NCBI RefSeq assembly: GCF_009914755.1
Contig: NC_060928.1
DNA from: the human T2T-CHM13v2.0 reference genome, Homo sapiens
DNA: 64,000 nucleotides
Strand: one strand, 5' to 3'
Shown here: positions 1-15,781 of the stretch, one piece after another
Numbering within the stretch: the first letter of the stretch is position 1
Layout of the letters: each line of letters begins with the position of its first letter
The notes under the pieces: model-generated
What the model was told of the DNA's origin: nothing
The model's database searches: none
Seen by the model: only the letters and a program-made list of their open reading frames with translations
Position numbers and translations under genes: made by a program

Positions 1-302
1 ATCTCCCTTTTGCTATTCTCATGATTGTGAGTGTGTTCTCATGAGATCTGGCTGTATACAAGTGTGTAGCACTTCCCCCTTTGTGCTTGCTCTCTCTCTG
101 TCTCATTCTCTCTCTCTCACTTCACCATGTGAAGAAGGTACTTGCTTCCCCTTCACCCTTCTATGATTGTTAAGTTTCCTGAGGTCTCCCCAACCATGTT
201 TCCTGTACAGCCTGTGGAACTGTGAGTCAATTAAACCTCTTTTCTTCATAAATTACCCAGTCTCAGATAGTTCTTTCTAGCAGTGTGACAACAGACTAAC
301 AC
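1..302 (+). mobile_element. MSTA/MSTB-like MaLR LTR, 3' part (cut by window edge)
   Basis: Characteristic 'gtttcctgaggtctcccc...cctgtacagcctgtggaactgtgagtcaattaaacctcttttcttcataaattacccagtctcag...gactaacac' MST LTR 3' end. Confidence 0.85.
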
Positions 303-792
303 TGCACCTTAGGAGGCAAAACAAGGATATCATAGATAATAGTAGCTACTGACACCTACCTCTAGAGGATACTTGGACAATTTCAGGATGCCAAATCTTA
401 TTCATTTTTTGCAATTGCCATGTGGGCCTGTATCATTAAAGTTGTATAAAGATTTAGGGTCTTCTGCCTACATACATTTTACAGATATATTTTTGGATTA
501 GGGACATTCAATGATTAATATTTTAAAAAAGTATTTCTATCCCAACTAGGAGCTAATCTGAAATATTACTTGTTTGTATCTCTCTGTGTATGGTGTGTGA
601 ATGTATTTTTCCATTGTCGTCATTAGTAAACTGTATGGATTTTAGAAAAAAATTTTGGTCATGATATGGGAAACACCATTACTGAGGCTTCTTTTTCCAA
701 AAACTTATTTTCTAAGCACATACCTATATGTAAATACAATGCTCACTCAAATCACTTATCTGAATTTTTTATTGTAACCTACCATGAAGAAG

Positions 793-1290
793 TGTGTTAA
801 TTTTCTGCTGCTGCACAAAAAAAGAATCCAAAACATTGTGGCTTCAAACAACACATAATTATCTCACAGTTTTCAAAACTCAGAAGTCTGAACGGGTCTT
901 AGCTAGGTCCTCTGCAATCAAGGAATCAGCTGGAGCCAGGGTCTCAACTGAGGATTTGGATTCTTTTCCAAGATCACTGACTGTCGACAGAATTTATTTT
1001 CCCATAGTTCCTCTCAGATTCTAGTAGCCTTCTGCCTCTCCACTTTATAGGAAGATGCAATTTTCTTTTTCAAGACCAGCAACAGAGTGCCTCCTCAGTC
1101 TGTTAATATAGTTTTATATAATATAACATGATAATGGGGGTGGCATTCCATTCCCTTTGCCATGTAATGTAACATAAACAAATAAGTGGTAACCCATCTC
1201 CTTTGCAATCTTCTATTAATTAAAAGCAAGTGCTTCTTCCCCTCAAATGAAGGAAATTTAAAGGTCATGAACATGGGATAACCTGAGAGT
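793..1290 (-). mobile_element. Old MLT1-family MaLR LTR remnant
   Basis: Antisense MLT1 motifs 'ctgctgcacaa...tgtggcttcaaacaacacataattatctcacagttt...cttagctaggtcctctgc'; boundaries approximate. Confidence 0.6.
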
Positions 1291-1549
1291 GTGTCAGGTT
1301 GACAGGAAGACAGAGTTGTGCTGAGCCAAGTGAATGACTAGAAAATTAAGAAAAAAATCAAAGCACTTGCATGGATTTTAGCAGAACACAGAGTATCCAC
1401 AACATACTATCCAATATGTCTAGTTTGCAGTAAATATTTCCTTGAGATATGCATTAAAATATGAAAGTTATATTCAAAATAAAGCACTCAGTTGAAACTA
1501 ACCTGAGATTAAATTGAACTTGGACTTAACTGACTAAAGAGAAATAAGA

Positions 1550-1877
1550 GCCAAACGCAATGAGTGACAAAGGAGTTGATTCTGGGCAGGAAAATAAAAT
1601 AGTTGTAAAGGACATAAATTAGTTGTAAAGGACAACAAATAAAATTTTAATAATGTATTATAGATTACATAATAACACGCTATTAATATTTTTATTTTAA
1701 TAATTACACTGCAGCTATATAATAGAATTCAATTGTTCTCAGTAACTTAACACTGGAGTACTTAAGATAAAGAAGCATGATATCGTAATTTACTCTCAAA
1801 TGGCTCAACAAGAAAATTATGTATATCCATATATCTATGTCTCTGTGTCTTTACGTCTCTATCTATCTGTCTATCTG

Positions 1878-1929
<52 letters not shown>

Positions 1930-2085
1930 AAGAAGAGGGCAAGAAAAAGAGAGGAGGGATGATGATAAAGTGAATATGCTAAATTATAGCAACACATGAG
2001 TCTTAATTAAGGATACGCAACATTTCCTTATAACATTATTACAATTCCTCTGCAAATTTGAAATTATGTGATTATAAAATTTTAT
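1550..2085 (+). mobile_element. Ancient L1M (L1MC4/5-like) 3' UTR remnant
   Basis: Motifs 'ttgtaaaggaca', 'tagattacataat', 'aatttactctcaaatggctca', 'tgcaaatttgaaatt'; heavily diverged. Confidence 0.5.
1858..1929. repeat. Compound tetranucleotide STR [TCTA]2 TCTG TCTA TCTG [TCTA]13
   Basis: Read directly from sequence. Confidence 0.97.
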
Positions 2086-2123
2086 ATTTTTAAATATTTG
2101 TTATATTTAATTGATATTTAATC

Positions 2124-2436
<313 letters not shown>

Positions 2437-3827
2437 AATATTTAATCTTCTATATTTCGCTTTTTAAAAATATATAGTATATAAATTGAAAATTAAAATA
2501 CATATAATATGGAAAGATGAAACAGAGACTGGAAAAAAAATATTATAAAAGTAAACTCTAGGTGTTGTGATGACAGGTAGTTATTTAGGTTTTTTCCCTT
2601 TAATTTTATACAGTTTCTACTATATGCACATGTACATATGCAAAATTGCAAGTTAAAGAACATGTAATGTTGAAATGTTAGTAGACTCAAATTAACATGT
2701 GATATTTTTCCTCCTGAAGCTCCTACAATAAAGTTACATTTTCATTTATAGCACAACTATATACTGATAATTTTTTAAAGTGAAAAATAATTCATTGAAT
2801 TATATTAGCTTCATTATTTTACCAAAAATATGTAAAACTCCTTTGGGTGCCTTGAGTAACTTTAAAAATTTTACCTACAGGGAAAATATTATATTTTATA
2901 GTAAATGAAATGAGGAAAATAAATATTTGGAAATAGAGAAAATATAAAATGCATATTTTAATTATATTTACATATCATTTTAAAATTTTCTGGGTATCTC
3001 TCATTTTAATTAGAAATTGATAATTTTATATGAATAAAAAACAATAATGAGTTAAAAAGGACATCATGGAGGAAGAGTACATGAGTTTGTATTTTCAAAG
3101 AAAAATAGTGGATGAAATTTTGTTAGAAGAAATAATTTAAGTTAATTTTCTAATAATTATATGGAAAATTTCCAAATATTGTAAGTTTCATAGCAAATAT
3201 CAAGATTACTTTGCAAATATTTTTGTTAGTATAATGTAAAATGTGAAAATGTGGAAAGATTGGCATTAGATCATTTCTGGTTGTCCTGAAACATGGACTT
3301 GAATATATATAGTATTGATAGTCTTGAACTAGCTACTTCAAGTGGGCTGTATTTTAGTTTCTGGACCCATGTCAGATTGTATTCAATTAAACTCATTTCA
3401 GATTCTTATGCCATATTCCATTTGAGGAAAAGTAGAGATTGTACTTGAAATTGCACCAAAGTCTAAAAGGCAATGTCAGTTTTACACATATCAGTTTTTA
3501 CTGTCCTTCTTGAAATAAAAGCCATGGCATTATTTTGTCTACCAAGTAAATGCTTACAGACAAGTATGTTTATTAAAGCTAGACTGCCCAAAATCAACAA
3601 TTCCATGAGTATTGGGGCCTACATAATGCAATGAGAATCATTCTAAATGATTCAATTTAAATTAAAATTATCCCCTAACATGGGATCTATATTTTATTAT
3701 GTGATTGTGGCTGAAGCAATTGACATTGGAAAAAACCTAGTTAAATTAAGTTATTCAACTCAGAGACATATCCAAAAAGGAAACGAAAGAAAATACTTGA
3801 AAACTCTACTCTACCTCACTCTTTAAC

Positions 3828-4215
3828 TCATTCATTTCTCATGAACAAATATGTGTTGACTTTTACTAGGATTTGTAATAGGCTGAATGAAGGCACTTTA
3901 TGAACAAATCTGTCCTAGAATGAACATTAATCTATGACAATTTTAAATGCTCAAAATTTACAAATATATACATGGATGATTTGATGTGAATAGATAGATA
4001 TCTCCTGGAATGCTGAAATAATGTGTTAATTATGAAGATAGACTTTTAGTGTATTTCTGTCTAGTGCACAGGACGTATCATGAATCAGTAATGAATGAAT
4101 TGGTTTTATAATTCTGGGTACAATATGAGAAGAAGGACACTCAGTATTAGAGTTGAATTTTAGATTTAGCAAAAATGAAGTGGCTCATGAATTTGAATAA
4201 ATCTTCAATGGTCGC
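3828..4215 (-). mobile_element. L2 LINE remnant
   Basis: 'ttcatt...aacaaatatgtgttgac' L2 3' tail in antisense and 'ttagatttagcaa...gaagtggctcatgaatttga'; very diverged. Confidence 0.4.
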
Positions 4216-5107
4216 AGTACTTTAGAAAATAATCTGCCACCTCACAACTTTAAGTTCACCAGCTGACAGGTCTAAACAAAATAAGGTTTTGTCTAAAAAA
4301 TGTATTTTCTTATGTTAAATGTTCTTTGATAATTTTTTTGCTTTTATAGAAGCTTAATTTGTTTCACTGTTATTTCATTATTTCAGTGCATAGTTATATT
4401 TTAGAAAAACCATATCACTAGTCATTTCAAATTAGAGAACTTCTATATCTAAATATATGTCACCAAAAAAACATTTATGGTTATTTGATATGTTTACAGA
4501 TTCTATTACATATGCTTCAGTGTTTTCCTTTTTGAAACAAAAAAGCATGGAGCAATATAAAATTTATCTTGCCCACCAAATATTTGTATAATGTACCAAA
4601 ATAAAATAATGAATAAAAAGATAATTCTGAATATTGAAGCACAGAGGGGTGAAAAGAACCTAACATCTGTTATCAAACTATAGGAAATCATAAATGTGAA
4701 CATGCTATTATTTCTCAAAAAGAAAAATGTTGAGTATCCACAGTTGATCTTTCTTCTCTCTCTGTCCTATTCCTGCCTTTGTCAGAGAAAACATTCTTTT
4801 CTCATATACCCAGTCCCCATTTATCATGAATGTTAGCTATCTTTTATATCTTTTATTCTGCTGACAGGAAAAAATGAAAATATAACTTCTATTAATCTGC
4901 AGGCTAACATTACCGATCGTACTTCATATGTAGTAATGATCAGTTTACTGCCTCATAAAACCGAAAATAATTAACTTCTAAAAGTATAGAATGGACAGAT
5001 GACTCCAGGCAAAATTAAAATGATTTGTGCATATATGGAATATTAAATTACTTCATAAAATATTTAACCATAATTTGTTTAAAAAAAGAAAGAAACTTCA
5101 AGGCCAA

Positions 5108-5618
5108 TGTCTTAGCTTGTGTTCCAGCTGGGAAGCAGAACCTGGAATCAATACTAGTATTCAGATAGTTTATTTTGGGACATGACACCAAAGGAAGTGA
5201 ATTACAAGTATAAAAGAGGCAAGGAGATAAAGGCAATACAAGGCTATACAATTAAGGTGATCTCCACTGTAAACATTTGGCACTTGATGTTCCTGGAACC
5301 CCCTGGGTTTTGCTATATAGAAAGAAAATCAAAATTGTCCTTTGAAGGGAGGAAAAAGTGACCATTTTCCCCCACACCCCATTCCCAGTGGACAAGAGTT
5401 GCTCTAGAGTGTTCTAACACTGTCACTTCCAGGTTGTCTAATTCTCCCACGCATCCTGCATAGGTTCATTTGAAAAGTCTTGTAGCAAAAGTGAGGCAAT
5501 AGGTGTTGTGGCTAAGGAGAGTGAGAGGTCAGAATGCCAGGTTATACCTATATCAATCTGGTTGACTGAGCAATGGCTGCAGGTGCACAAGAATATGTTA
5601 GGCAGATACACAACTACT
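5108..5618 (-). mobile_element. LTR33/LTR16-like ERVL solo LTR
   Basis: Antisense start 'tgtcttagcttgtgttcc...gggaagcagaacctg...tagtttattttggga'. Confidence 0.55.
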
Positions 5619-5999
5619 AAAAGAGAACTAAAGTATTGCATTCCTAAATTAGAACTTGGATTTTAATTAAATATAGAGGAATGGTTATATAATTTTAGCC
5701 AAGCTCTTTGTTCCTGCCATGGTATTTGATTTGTCATATAGTCTCCCGCAGAATATAAAGTGAATGAAATCTTTCTTTTTTTTTTTTTTTTTTTATTATA
5801 CTCTAAGTTTTAGGGTACATGTGCACATTGTGCAGGTTAGTTACATATGTATACATGTGCCATGCTGGTGCGCTGCACCCACTAATGTGTCATCTAGCAT
5901 TAGGTATATCTCCCAATGCTATCCCTCCCCCCTCCCCCGAACCCACCACAGTCCCCAGAGTGTGATATTCCCCTTCCTGTGTCCATGTGATCTCATTGT

Positions 6000-7773
<1,774 letters not shown>

Positions 7774-7945
7774 TAACTTGATTGTTTTTCGTTAGACAGA
7801 ATCAGACTGAATTTCTGAAATGTATAATCCCCAGTAAATAAAGATATTTATTCATAGGCTGGAATGACATACGAAGGATTCCTAGGTGGCTATGATATAT
7901 GGCTAAGTGACTTTTGGTTCATTTACATCCCTAAAAATTCATTTA

Positions 7946-8289
7946 CAGGCCAACCTCACAAGTATTGCAGGTTGGGTTCCAGACCACCGCAATAAAGTGA
8001 ATATTGCAATAAAACGAGTCACACTATATTTTTTGTTCCCTAGTTCATATAAAAATTATGTTTATACTATAGTGTAGTCTATTAGGTGTGCAATAGCATC
8101 ATGTCTTAAAAACTAATGCACATACTTTAAAAATATTGCTAAAATTTGTAACAAAGTGAGCACATGCTGTTGGAAAAATGGCTTCAATAGACTTGCTTGA
8201 TGCAGGATTGTCACAAACCTTCAATGTATAAAAACCACATTATCTGCAAAGGGTAATAAAGCAAAACTTAATAAAATGAGGTATGTCTG
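7946..8289 (-). mobile_element. Tigger1 internal-deletion derivative (Tc1/mariner DNA transposon fossil)
   Basis: TIRs 'caggccaacctc' / 'gaggtatgtctg'. TA on both sides (7944-45, 8290-91). 'ggttccagaccaccgcaataaag' Tigger1 terminus. Confidence 0.85.
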
Positions 8290-8636
8290 TACTCACGAAT
8301 AAGTTAGCATCCTTATAGTATTGAAAAAGACAAGTCTTTAAGTACAAATTCATACCGATTTTTTTTCTATGTTCCAATACTTTACTCCATAACTTTTTTT
8401 AAATGAAGGAAATACACTATTGGAAAATAAACTGTGGAAAAGTGAATTCAATTGATTGATTTTCAAACTATTGCCACAAGTGGAAAGTTTATTTAAAGGC
8501 TGACCAACATCCAATTTATGGATCAATAAAGTCATTTTCAAATACGAAGGGAATATCTCGCCTGTATGATCACAATTTTCTCTAAGTCCTACATGGTGCA
8601 TATCCAGTCTACTTCTCTCGGTATAGTCAGCAAGTG

Positions 8637-8962
8637 CAGGCGACCCTCTCTGTCTGTGGGTTCCGCATCTGCAGATTCAACGAAATGCAGATGGAAAATA
8701 TGTTTAAAAATACGATAAAAACACAATACAACATTAAAACTAATACAAATTTTAAATCAATACAGTATAACAGGTATTTACATAGTATTTACATTTGATT
8801 AGAAATTATAACTAATCTAGAGATGACTTAAGGTAGGTGGCAGAATGTGCATGAGCTATATGCAAATACTACCCTATTTTAAATAAGGACCTTAGCATCA
8901 GGGGATTTTGGTATCCACAGTTGTTCTGGAACTAATAGCTGGTGGATGCTGAGGAACAATTG
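8637..8962 (-). mobile_element. MER2 (Tigger-family MITE)
   Basis: 'gtgggttccgcatctgcagattcaac', 'tatatgcaaatactac', 'ggattttggtatccac' match MER2 in antisense. Confidence 0.85.
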
Positions 8963-9112
8963 TTAATATTAAATTGTTACTTACTTTTCTATGTGTAAGA
9001 GTTATCTCTTCAACAAGATTAATATTTCCTCAAAAATAGGCATTTTTAAAATTCTTAATATACCTAACACCCAAAATGATCTCTATGAATAGTAAATGAC
9101 CAATAAATGTCT

Positions 9113-10079
9113 TATTTATTTATTTAATTTTTTATTATATTTTAAGTTCTGAGATACATGTGCAAAACATGCAGATTTGTTACATAGGTATACATGTGCC
9201 ATGGGGTTTGCTGCACCAATCAACCTGTCATCTACATTAGGTATTTCTCCTAATGCTATCCATCCCCCTGCCCCCAACTCCCTGACAGACCCTGGTGTGT
9301 GATGTTCCCCTACCTGTGTCCATGTGTTCTCATTGTTCAACTCCCACTTATGAGTGAGAACATGTGGTGTTTGGATTTCTGTTCTTGTGTTAGTTTGCTG
9401 AGAATGATGGTTTTCAGCTTCATCCATGTCCTTGCAAAGGACATGAACTCATCCTTTTTTATGGCTGCATTGTATTCCATGGTGTGCCACATTTTCTTTA
9501 TCCAGTCTATAATTGATGAGCATATGGGTTGGTTCCAAGTCTTTGCTATTGTGAACAGTGCTGCAATAAACATACTTGTGCATGAGTCTTTATAGTAGAA
9601 TAAATTATAATCCGTTGGGTAAATACCCAATAATAGGATTGCTGGGTCAAATGGTATTACTGGTTCTAGATCCTTGAGGAATTGCCACACTGTCTTCCAC
9701 CATGGTTGAACTAATTCACACTCCCATCAACAGTATAAAAGCATTCCTGTTTCTCCACGTCCTCTCAAGCATCTGCTGTTTTCTGACTTTTTAATGATCG
9801 TCATTCTAACTGCCATGAGATGACGTCTCACTGTGGTTTTGATTTGCGTTTCTTTAATGACCTGCGATGATGAGCATTTTTTCATGTTTGTTGGCCGCAT
9901 ACATGTCTTCTTTTGAGAAGCATCTATTCATATCCTTTGCCCACTTTTTGATGGTTTTTTTTTTTTCTTGTAAATTTGTTTAAGTTCTTTGTGGATTCTG
10001 GATATTAGCCCTTTGTCAGATGGATGGATTGCAAAAATTTTTCCCCATTCTGTAAGTTACCTGTTCACTCTGATGATAG

Positions 10080-10111
<32 letters not shown>

Positions 10112-13100
10112 GCAGAAGCTCTTTAGTTTAATTAGATCCCATTTGTCTATTTTGTCTTTTGTTGTCATTGCTTTTGGTGTTTTAGTCATGAAGTCTTTGC
10201 CAATGCCTGTGTCCTGAATGGTATTGCCTAGATTTTCTTCTAAAATTTTTATGGCTTTTGGTCTTACATTTAAGTCTTTAATGCATCTTGAGTTAATTTT
10301 TGTATGTAAGGAATGGATCTAGTTTCAGCTTTTTGCATATGGCTAGCCAGTTTTCCTGACACCATTTATTAAATAGGGAATCATTTCCCCATTGCTTCTT
10401 TTTGTCAGGTTTGTCAAAGATCAGATGGTTGTAGATGTGTGGTGTTATTTCTGAGGGCTCTATTCTGCTCTGTTCCATTGGTCTGTATATCTGTTTTGGT
10501 ACCAGTACCATGCTGTTTTGGTGACTTTAGCCTTGTAGTATAGTTTTAAAGTCAGCTTTGTTCTTTTTGCTTAGGATTTGCTTGGCTATGTGGGCTCTTT
10601 TTGGTTCCATATGAAATTTAAAGTAGCTTCTTCCAATTCTGTGAAGAAAGTCAATGGTAGCTTGATGGGGATGGCATTGAATCTATAAATTACTTTGGGC
10701 AGTGTGGCCATTTTCAAGATATTGATTCTTCCTACCCATGAGCATGGAACGTTTTTCCATTTGTTTATGTCCTCTCTTATTTCCTTGAGCAGTGATTTGT
10801 AGTTCTCCTTGAAGAGGTCATTCATATCCATTGTAAGTTGTATTCCTAGGTATTTTATTATCTTAGTAGCAATTGTGAATGGGAGTTCACTCATGATTTG
10901 GCTCTGTTTGTCTGTTATTGGTGTATAGGAATTTTTGAGATTTTTGCACATTGATTTTGTATCCTGAGACTTTGCTGAAGCTGCTTATCAGCTTAAGGAG
11001 ATTTTGGGCTGAGACAATGAGGTTTTCTAAATATACAATCATGTTATCTGCAAACAGAGACAATTTGACTTCCTTTTTTCCTAATTGAATACCCTTTATG
11101 TCTTTCTCTTGCCTGACTGCCCTGGCCAGAACTTCCAATACTATGTTGAATAGGAGTGGTAAGAGAAAGCATCCTTGTCTTGTGCCAGTTTTCAAAGGGA
11201 ATGCTTCCAGTTTTTGCCCATTCAGTATGATGTTGGCTGTGGGTTTGTCATAAATAGCTCTTATTATTTTTAGATACATTCCATCAATACCTAGTTTATT
11301 GAGAGTTTTTTGCATTAATAGGTGTTGAATTTTGTCAAAGGCCTTTTCTGCCTCTATTGAGATAATCACGTGGGTTTTGTCATTGGTTCCGTTTATGTGA
11401 TGGATTACGTTTATTGATTTGCATATGTTGAACCAGCCTTGCATCCCAGGGATGAAGCCAACTTGATCGTGGTGGACAAGCTTTTTGATGTGCTACTGGA
11501 TTCGGTTTGTCAGTATTTTATTGATGAGATTTACATTGATGTTCATCATGGATATTGGCCTAAAATTTTCTTCTTTTTGTTGTGTCTCTGCCAGGTTTTG
11601 GTATCAGGATGATGCTGGCCCCATAAAATGAGTTAGGGAAGATTCCCTGTTTTTCTATTGTTTGGAATAATTTTGGAAGTAATGGTACCAGCTCCTCTTT
11701 GTACCTCTGGTAGAATTCAGCTGTGAATTCATCTGGTCCTGGACGTTTTTTGGTTGGTAGGCTGTTAATTACTACCTCAATTTCAGAACTTGTTATTGGA
11801 CTATTCAGGGATTCTACTTCTTCCTGGTTTAGTCTCGGGAGTGTTTATGTGTCCAGAATTTGTCCATTTCTTCTAGATTTTCCAGTTTATTTGCATAGAA
11901 GTGTTTATAGTATTCTCTGATGGTAGTTTGTATTTCTGTGGGATTGGTAGTGATACCCCCTTTATTATTTTTTATTGCATCTATTTGATTCTTCTCTTCT
12001 TTATTAGCCTGGCTAGTGGTCTATTTTGTTAATCTTTTCAAAAAACCAGCTCCTGGATTCATTGATTTTTTTAATGGTTTTTCATGTCCCGATTTCCTTC
12101 AGTTCTTCTCTGATCTTAGTTGCTTCTTGTCTTCTGCTAGTTTTTGAATTTGTTTGCTCTCACTTCTCTAGTTCTTTTAATTGTGATGTTAGGGTGTCAA
12201 TTTTAGATCTTTCCTGCTTTCTCTTGTGGGCATTTAGTGCTATAAATTTCCCTCTACACACTGCTTTAAATGTGTCCCAGAGATTTTGGTATGTTGTGTC
12301 TTTGTTCTTATTGGTTTCAAAAAACATCTTTATTTCTGCCTTAATTTCATTATTTACCCAGTAGCTTTTCAAGAGCAAGTTGTTCACTTTCCATGTAGTT
12401 GTGCGGTTTTCAGTGATTTCTTAATCCTGAGTTCTAATTTGATTGCACTGTGGTCTGAGAGACTGTTTCTTTCGATTTTCTTTCTTTTGCATTTGCTGAG
12501 GACTGTTATACTTCAAATTATGTCATCAATTTTAGAATAAATGCAATGTGTTGCTGGGAAGAATGTATATTCTGTTGATTTTGGGTGGAGAGTTCTGTAG
12601 ATGTCTATTAGGTCCGCTTGGTCGACAGCTGAGTTCAAGTCCTGAATATCCTTGTTAATTTTCTGTCTCATTGATTTGTCTAATATTGACAGCGGGGTGT
12701 TAAAGTCTCCCATTATTATTGTGTGGGACTCTAAGTCTCTTTGTAAGTAAAGACTTAAGAACTGGTTTTATGAATCTGGTTGTTCCTTTATTGGGTGCAT
12801 ATATATATATTTAGGATAGTTAGCTCTTCATGTTGCATTGATCCTTTACCATTATGTAATGCCCTTCTTTGTCTCTTTTGATATTTGTTGGTTTAAAGTT
12901 TGTTTTATCAGAGACTAGGATTGCAATGTCTGCTTTTCTTTTCTTTTTTTTTTCTTTCCATTTGCACGGTAAATCTCTCTCCATCCCTTTATTTTGAGCC
13001 TATGTATGTCTTTGCACACGAGAGGGGTCTCTTGAATACAGCACACCAATGGTTCTTGACTCATTATCCAATTTGCCAGTCTGTGTCTTTTAATTGGGGC

Positions 13101-15253
13101 ATTTAGCCTGTTTACATTTAAGGTTAATATTTTTATGTGTAAATATGATCCTGTCATTATGAAGCTACCTGGTTATTTTGACTATTAGTGATGCAGTTTC
13201 TTCATAGAATTGATGGTCTTTACAATTTGGTTTTTGCAGTGGCTGGTAACTGTTGTTCCTTTCCATGTTTAGTGCTTCCTTCAGGAGCTCTTGTAAGGCA
13301 GGCTTGGTGGTCACAAAATCTCAGCATTTGCTTGTCTGTAAAGGATTTTATTTCTCCTTCATTTATGAAGGTTAGTTTGGCTGGATATGAAATTTTGGTT
13401 TGATAATGTTTTTCTTTAAGAATGTCGAATATTGGCCTCCACTCTCTTCTGGCTTGCAGGGTTTCTGCAGAGAGATCTGCTGTTAGTCTGGTGGGCTTCC
13501 CTTTGTGGGTAACCTGACCTTTCTCTCTGGCTGCCCTTACCATTTTTAACTTTATTTCAACCTTGGTGAATCTTATGTATCTTGGGGTTGCTCTTCTCGA
13601 GGAATATCTTTGTGGTGTTCTCCGTATTTCCTGAATTTGAATGTTGGCCTGCCTTGCTAGGTTGGAGAAATTCTCCTGAATAATATCCTGAAAAGTGTTT
13701 TCCAACTTGGTTCCATTCTCCCCGTCACTTTCAGGTACACCAATCAAATACAGATTTGTTCTTTTCACATAGTCCCATATTTCTTGGAGGCTTTGTTCAT
13801 TTCTTTTCACTCTTTTTTCTCTAATCTTGTCTTCTCACTTTATTTCATTGAGTTGACCTTCATTCTCTGATATCCTTTCTTCTGCTTGATGCATTCAGCT
13901 ATTGATACTTGTATATGCTTCATGAAGTTCTTGTGCTGTGTTTTTCTTCTCCATCAGGTCATTTATGTTCTTCTTTCAGCTGGTTATTCTAGTTAGCAAT
14001 TTTTCTAACCTTTTTTTAAGGTTCTTAACTTCCTTGCATTGGGTTAGAACATGCTCCTTTACCTCAAAGGAGTTTGTTATTACCCACCTTCTGAAGCCTA
14101 CTTTTGTCAACTCATCAAACTCATTCTCTGTCCAGTTTTGTTCCCTTGCTGGTGAGGAGTTGTGATCCTTTGAAGGAGAAGAGCCATTCTAGTTTTTGGA
14201 ATTTTCAGCTTTTTTGCGCTGGTTTCTCCCATCTTCATGGGAGATTGATGTTTGGTCTTTGATGTTGGTGATGTTGATACTATTCCTTTCTGTTTGCTAG
14301 TTTTCCTTCTAATAGTCAGGCTCCTCTGCTTCAGGTCTGCTGGAGTTTGCTGGAGGTCCACTCAAGACCCCGTTTGCCTGGGTATTACCAGCAGAGGCTG
14401 CAGAACAACCAAGATTGCTGCCTGTTCCTACCTCTGGAAGGTTCATCCCAGAGGGTCACCCACAAGTTGCCAGCCAGAGCTCTTCTCCATGAGGTATCTA
14501 TTGGCCCCTACTGGGAGGTGTCTCCCAGTCTGGATACATGGGAGTTCAGGGACCCACTTGAGGAGGCAGTCTGTCCCTTATCAGAGCTTAAATGCTGTAC
14601 TAGGGGAACTGCTGCTCTCTTCAGAACTGTCAGGCAGGGATGTTTAATTCTGCTGAAGCAGCTCCCCCAGCCATTTCTTCCCCCAGGTGCTCTGTCCCAG
14701 GGGGCTCTGGTGGGCTCCACCCAGTTCAAACTTCCAGGTGGCTTTGTTTACACTGTGAAAGTAAAACCGCCTACTCAAGCCTCAGCAATGGTGATTGCCC
14801 CTCTTCCCATCAACCTCTAGCATCCCAGGTTAACCTCAGACTACTGTGCTAGCAGCAAGAATTTCAAGCCAGTGGATCTTAGCTTGCTGGGCTCTGTGGG
14901 GGTGGGACCTGATGAGCCAGGCACTGGAGAGAATCTCCTGGTCTTTTGTTTGTGAAGACCATGGGAAAAATGCAGTATCTGGGCCGGAATGTACTGTTCC
15001 TCCCCGTACAGTCTCTCACAGCTTCCCTTGGCTAGGAATGGGAAATCCCCCAACCCCTTGTGCTTCCTGGGTGAGGTGACACCCCACCCTCCTTTGGCTC
15101 ACCCTCCTTGGGCTGCACCCAATGTCCAACCAGTTCCAATGAGATGAACTGTGTACCTCAGTTGGAAATGCAGGAATCACCCGCCTTCTGCGTGGATCTC
15201 ACTGGGAGCTGCAGACTGCAGCTGTTCCTATTTGCCCATCTTGCCAGCTACCC
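9113..15253 (-). mobile_element. Near-full-length L1PA7-like LINE-1 (5' UTR, broken ORF1 and ORF2, 3' UTR)
   Basis: 3' UTR 'tctacattaggtatttctcctaatgc'. ORF2 fragments 9337-13157 and ORF1 fragment 13220-13810 on minus strand. 5' end 'gctgttcctatttgcccatcttgccagc'. Many stops/indels; no clear TSD. Confidence 0.9.
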
Positions 15254-15781
15254 AATAATGGGTAGCTTTTACTTTGGATTTAGCTTTACTTGTTAACAAG
15301 GAGAGATTTTTAGGTTGTAAGTTTTATGATTATGTTCTTCACATAAATTATGTTATGAAATTTTAATTCTAATCTTTTGTGATAGGCATTTTATTTCAAA
15401 TTGAAAGATCCTAAGTGAGGAAATAATTGAAAACTGTCAAATAAGTGGTTATCTATACAGACATATAAAATCTAACTACAGATTTGTTAACTGAATCAAT
15501 ATGCCTTTCTCATGATAAAATGATATATTTTACATAATAGTGTGTCAGAGTGATCCTTTATAAAAGCTCTGTACTTCAAAGGTGGATGCATAGCTATATT
15601 CAGAGCGAACACCTTTTTTGCTAGCCATGTGTTTAACCTAAAGAATTACTTATACAACTATTTTAGAATAATTACATTTTTACATTTTTTATCTAAGGGA
15701 ATTATTGCTATGGTACGAGAGAAACAATAACATTTATCTACAATATGAGAAAAACTAGTCCACAGCTTTCTGTTTGTGAAT

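Noticed and set aside
1600-1634. Short tandem duplications (also ~24416-24446, 60649-60670, 62222-62256, 62994-63033)
   Set aside because: Ordinary 11-20 bp slippage duplications, common in mammalian DNA
9113-15253. Retrotransposition-competent L1
   Set aside because: ORF1 and ORF2 are fragmented by many stops and frameshifts, and CpGs are decayed
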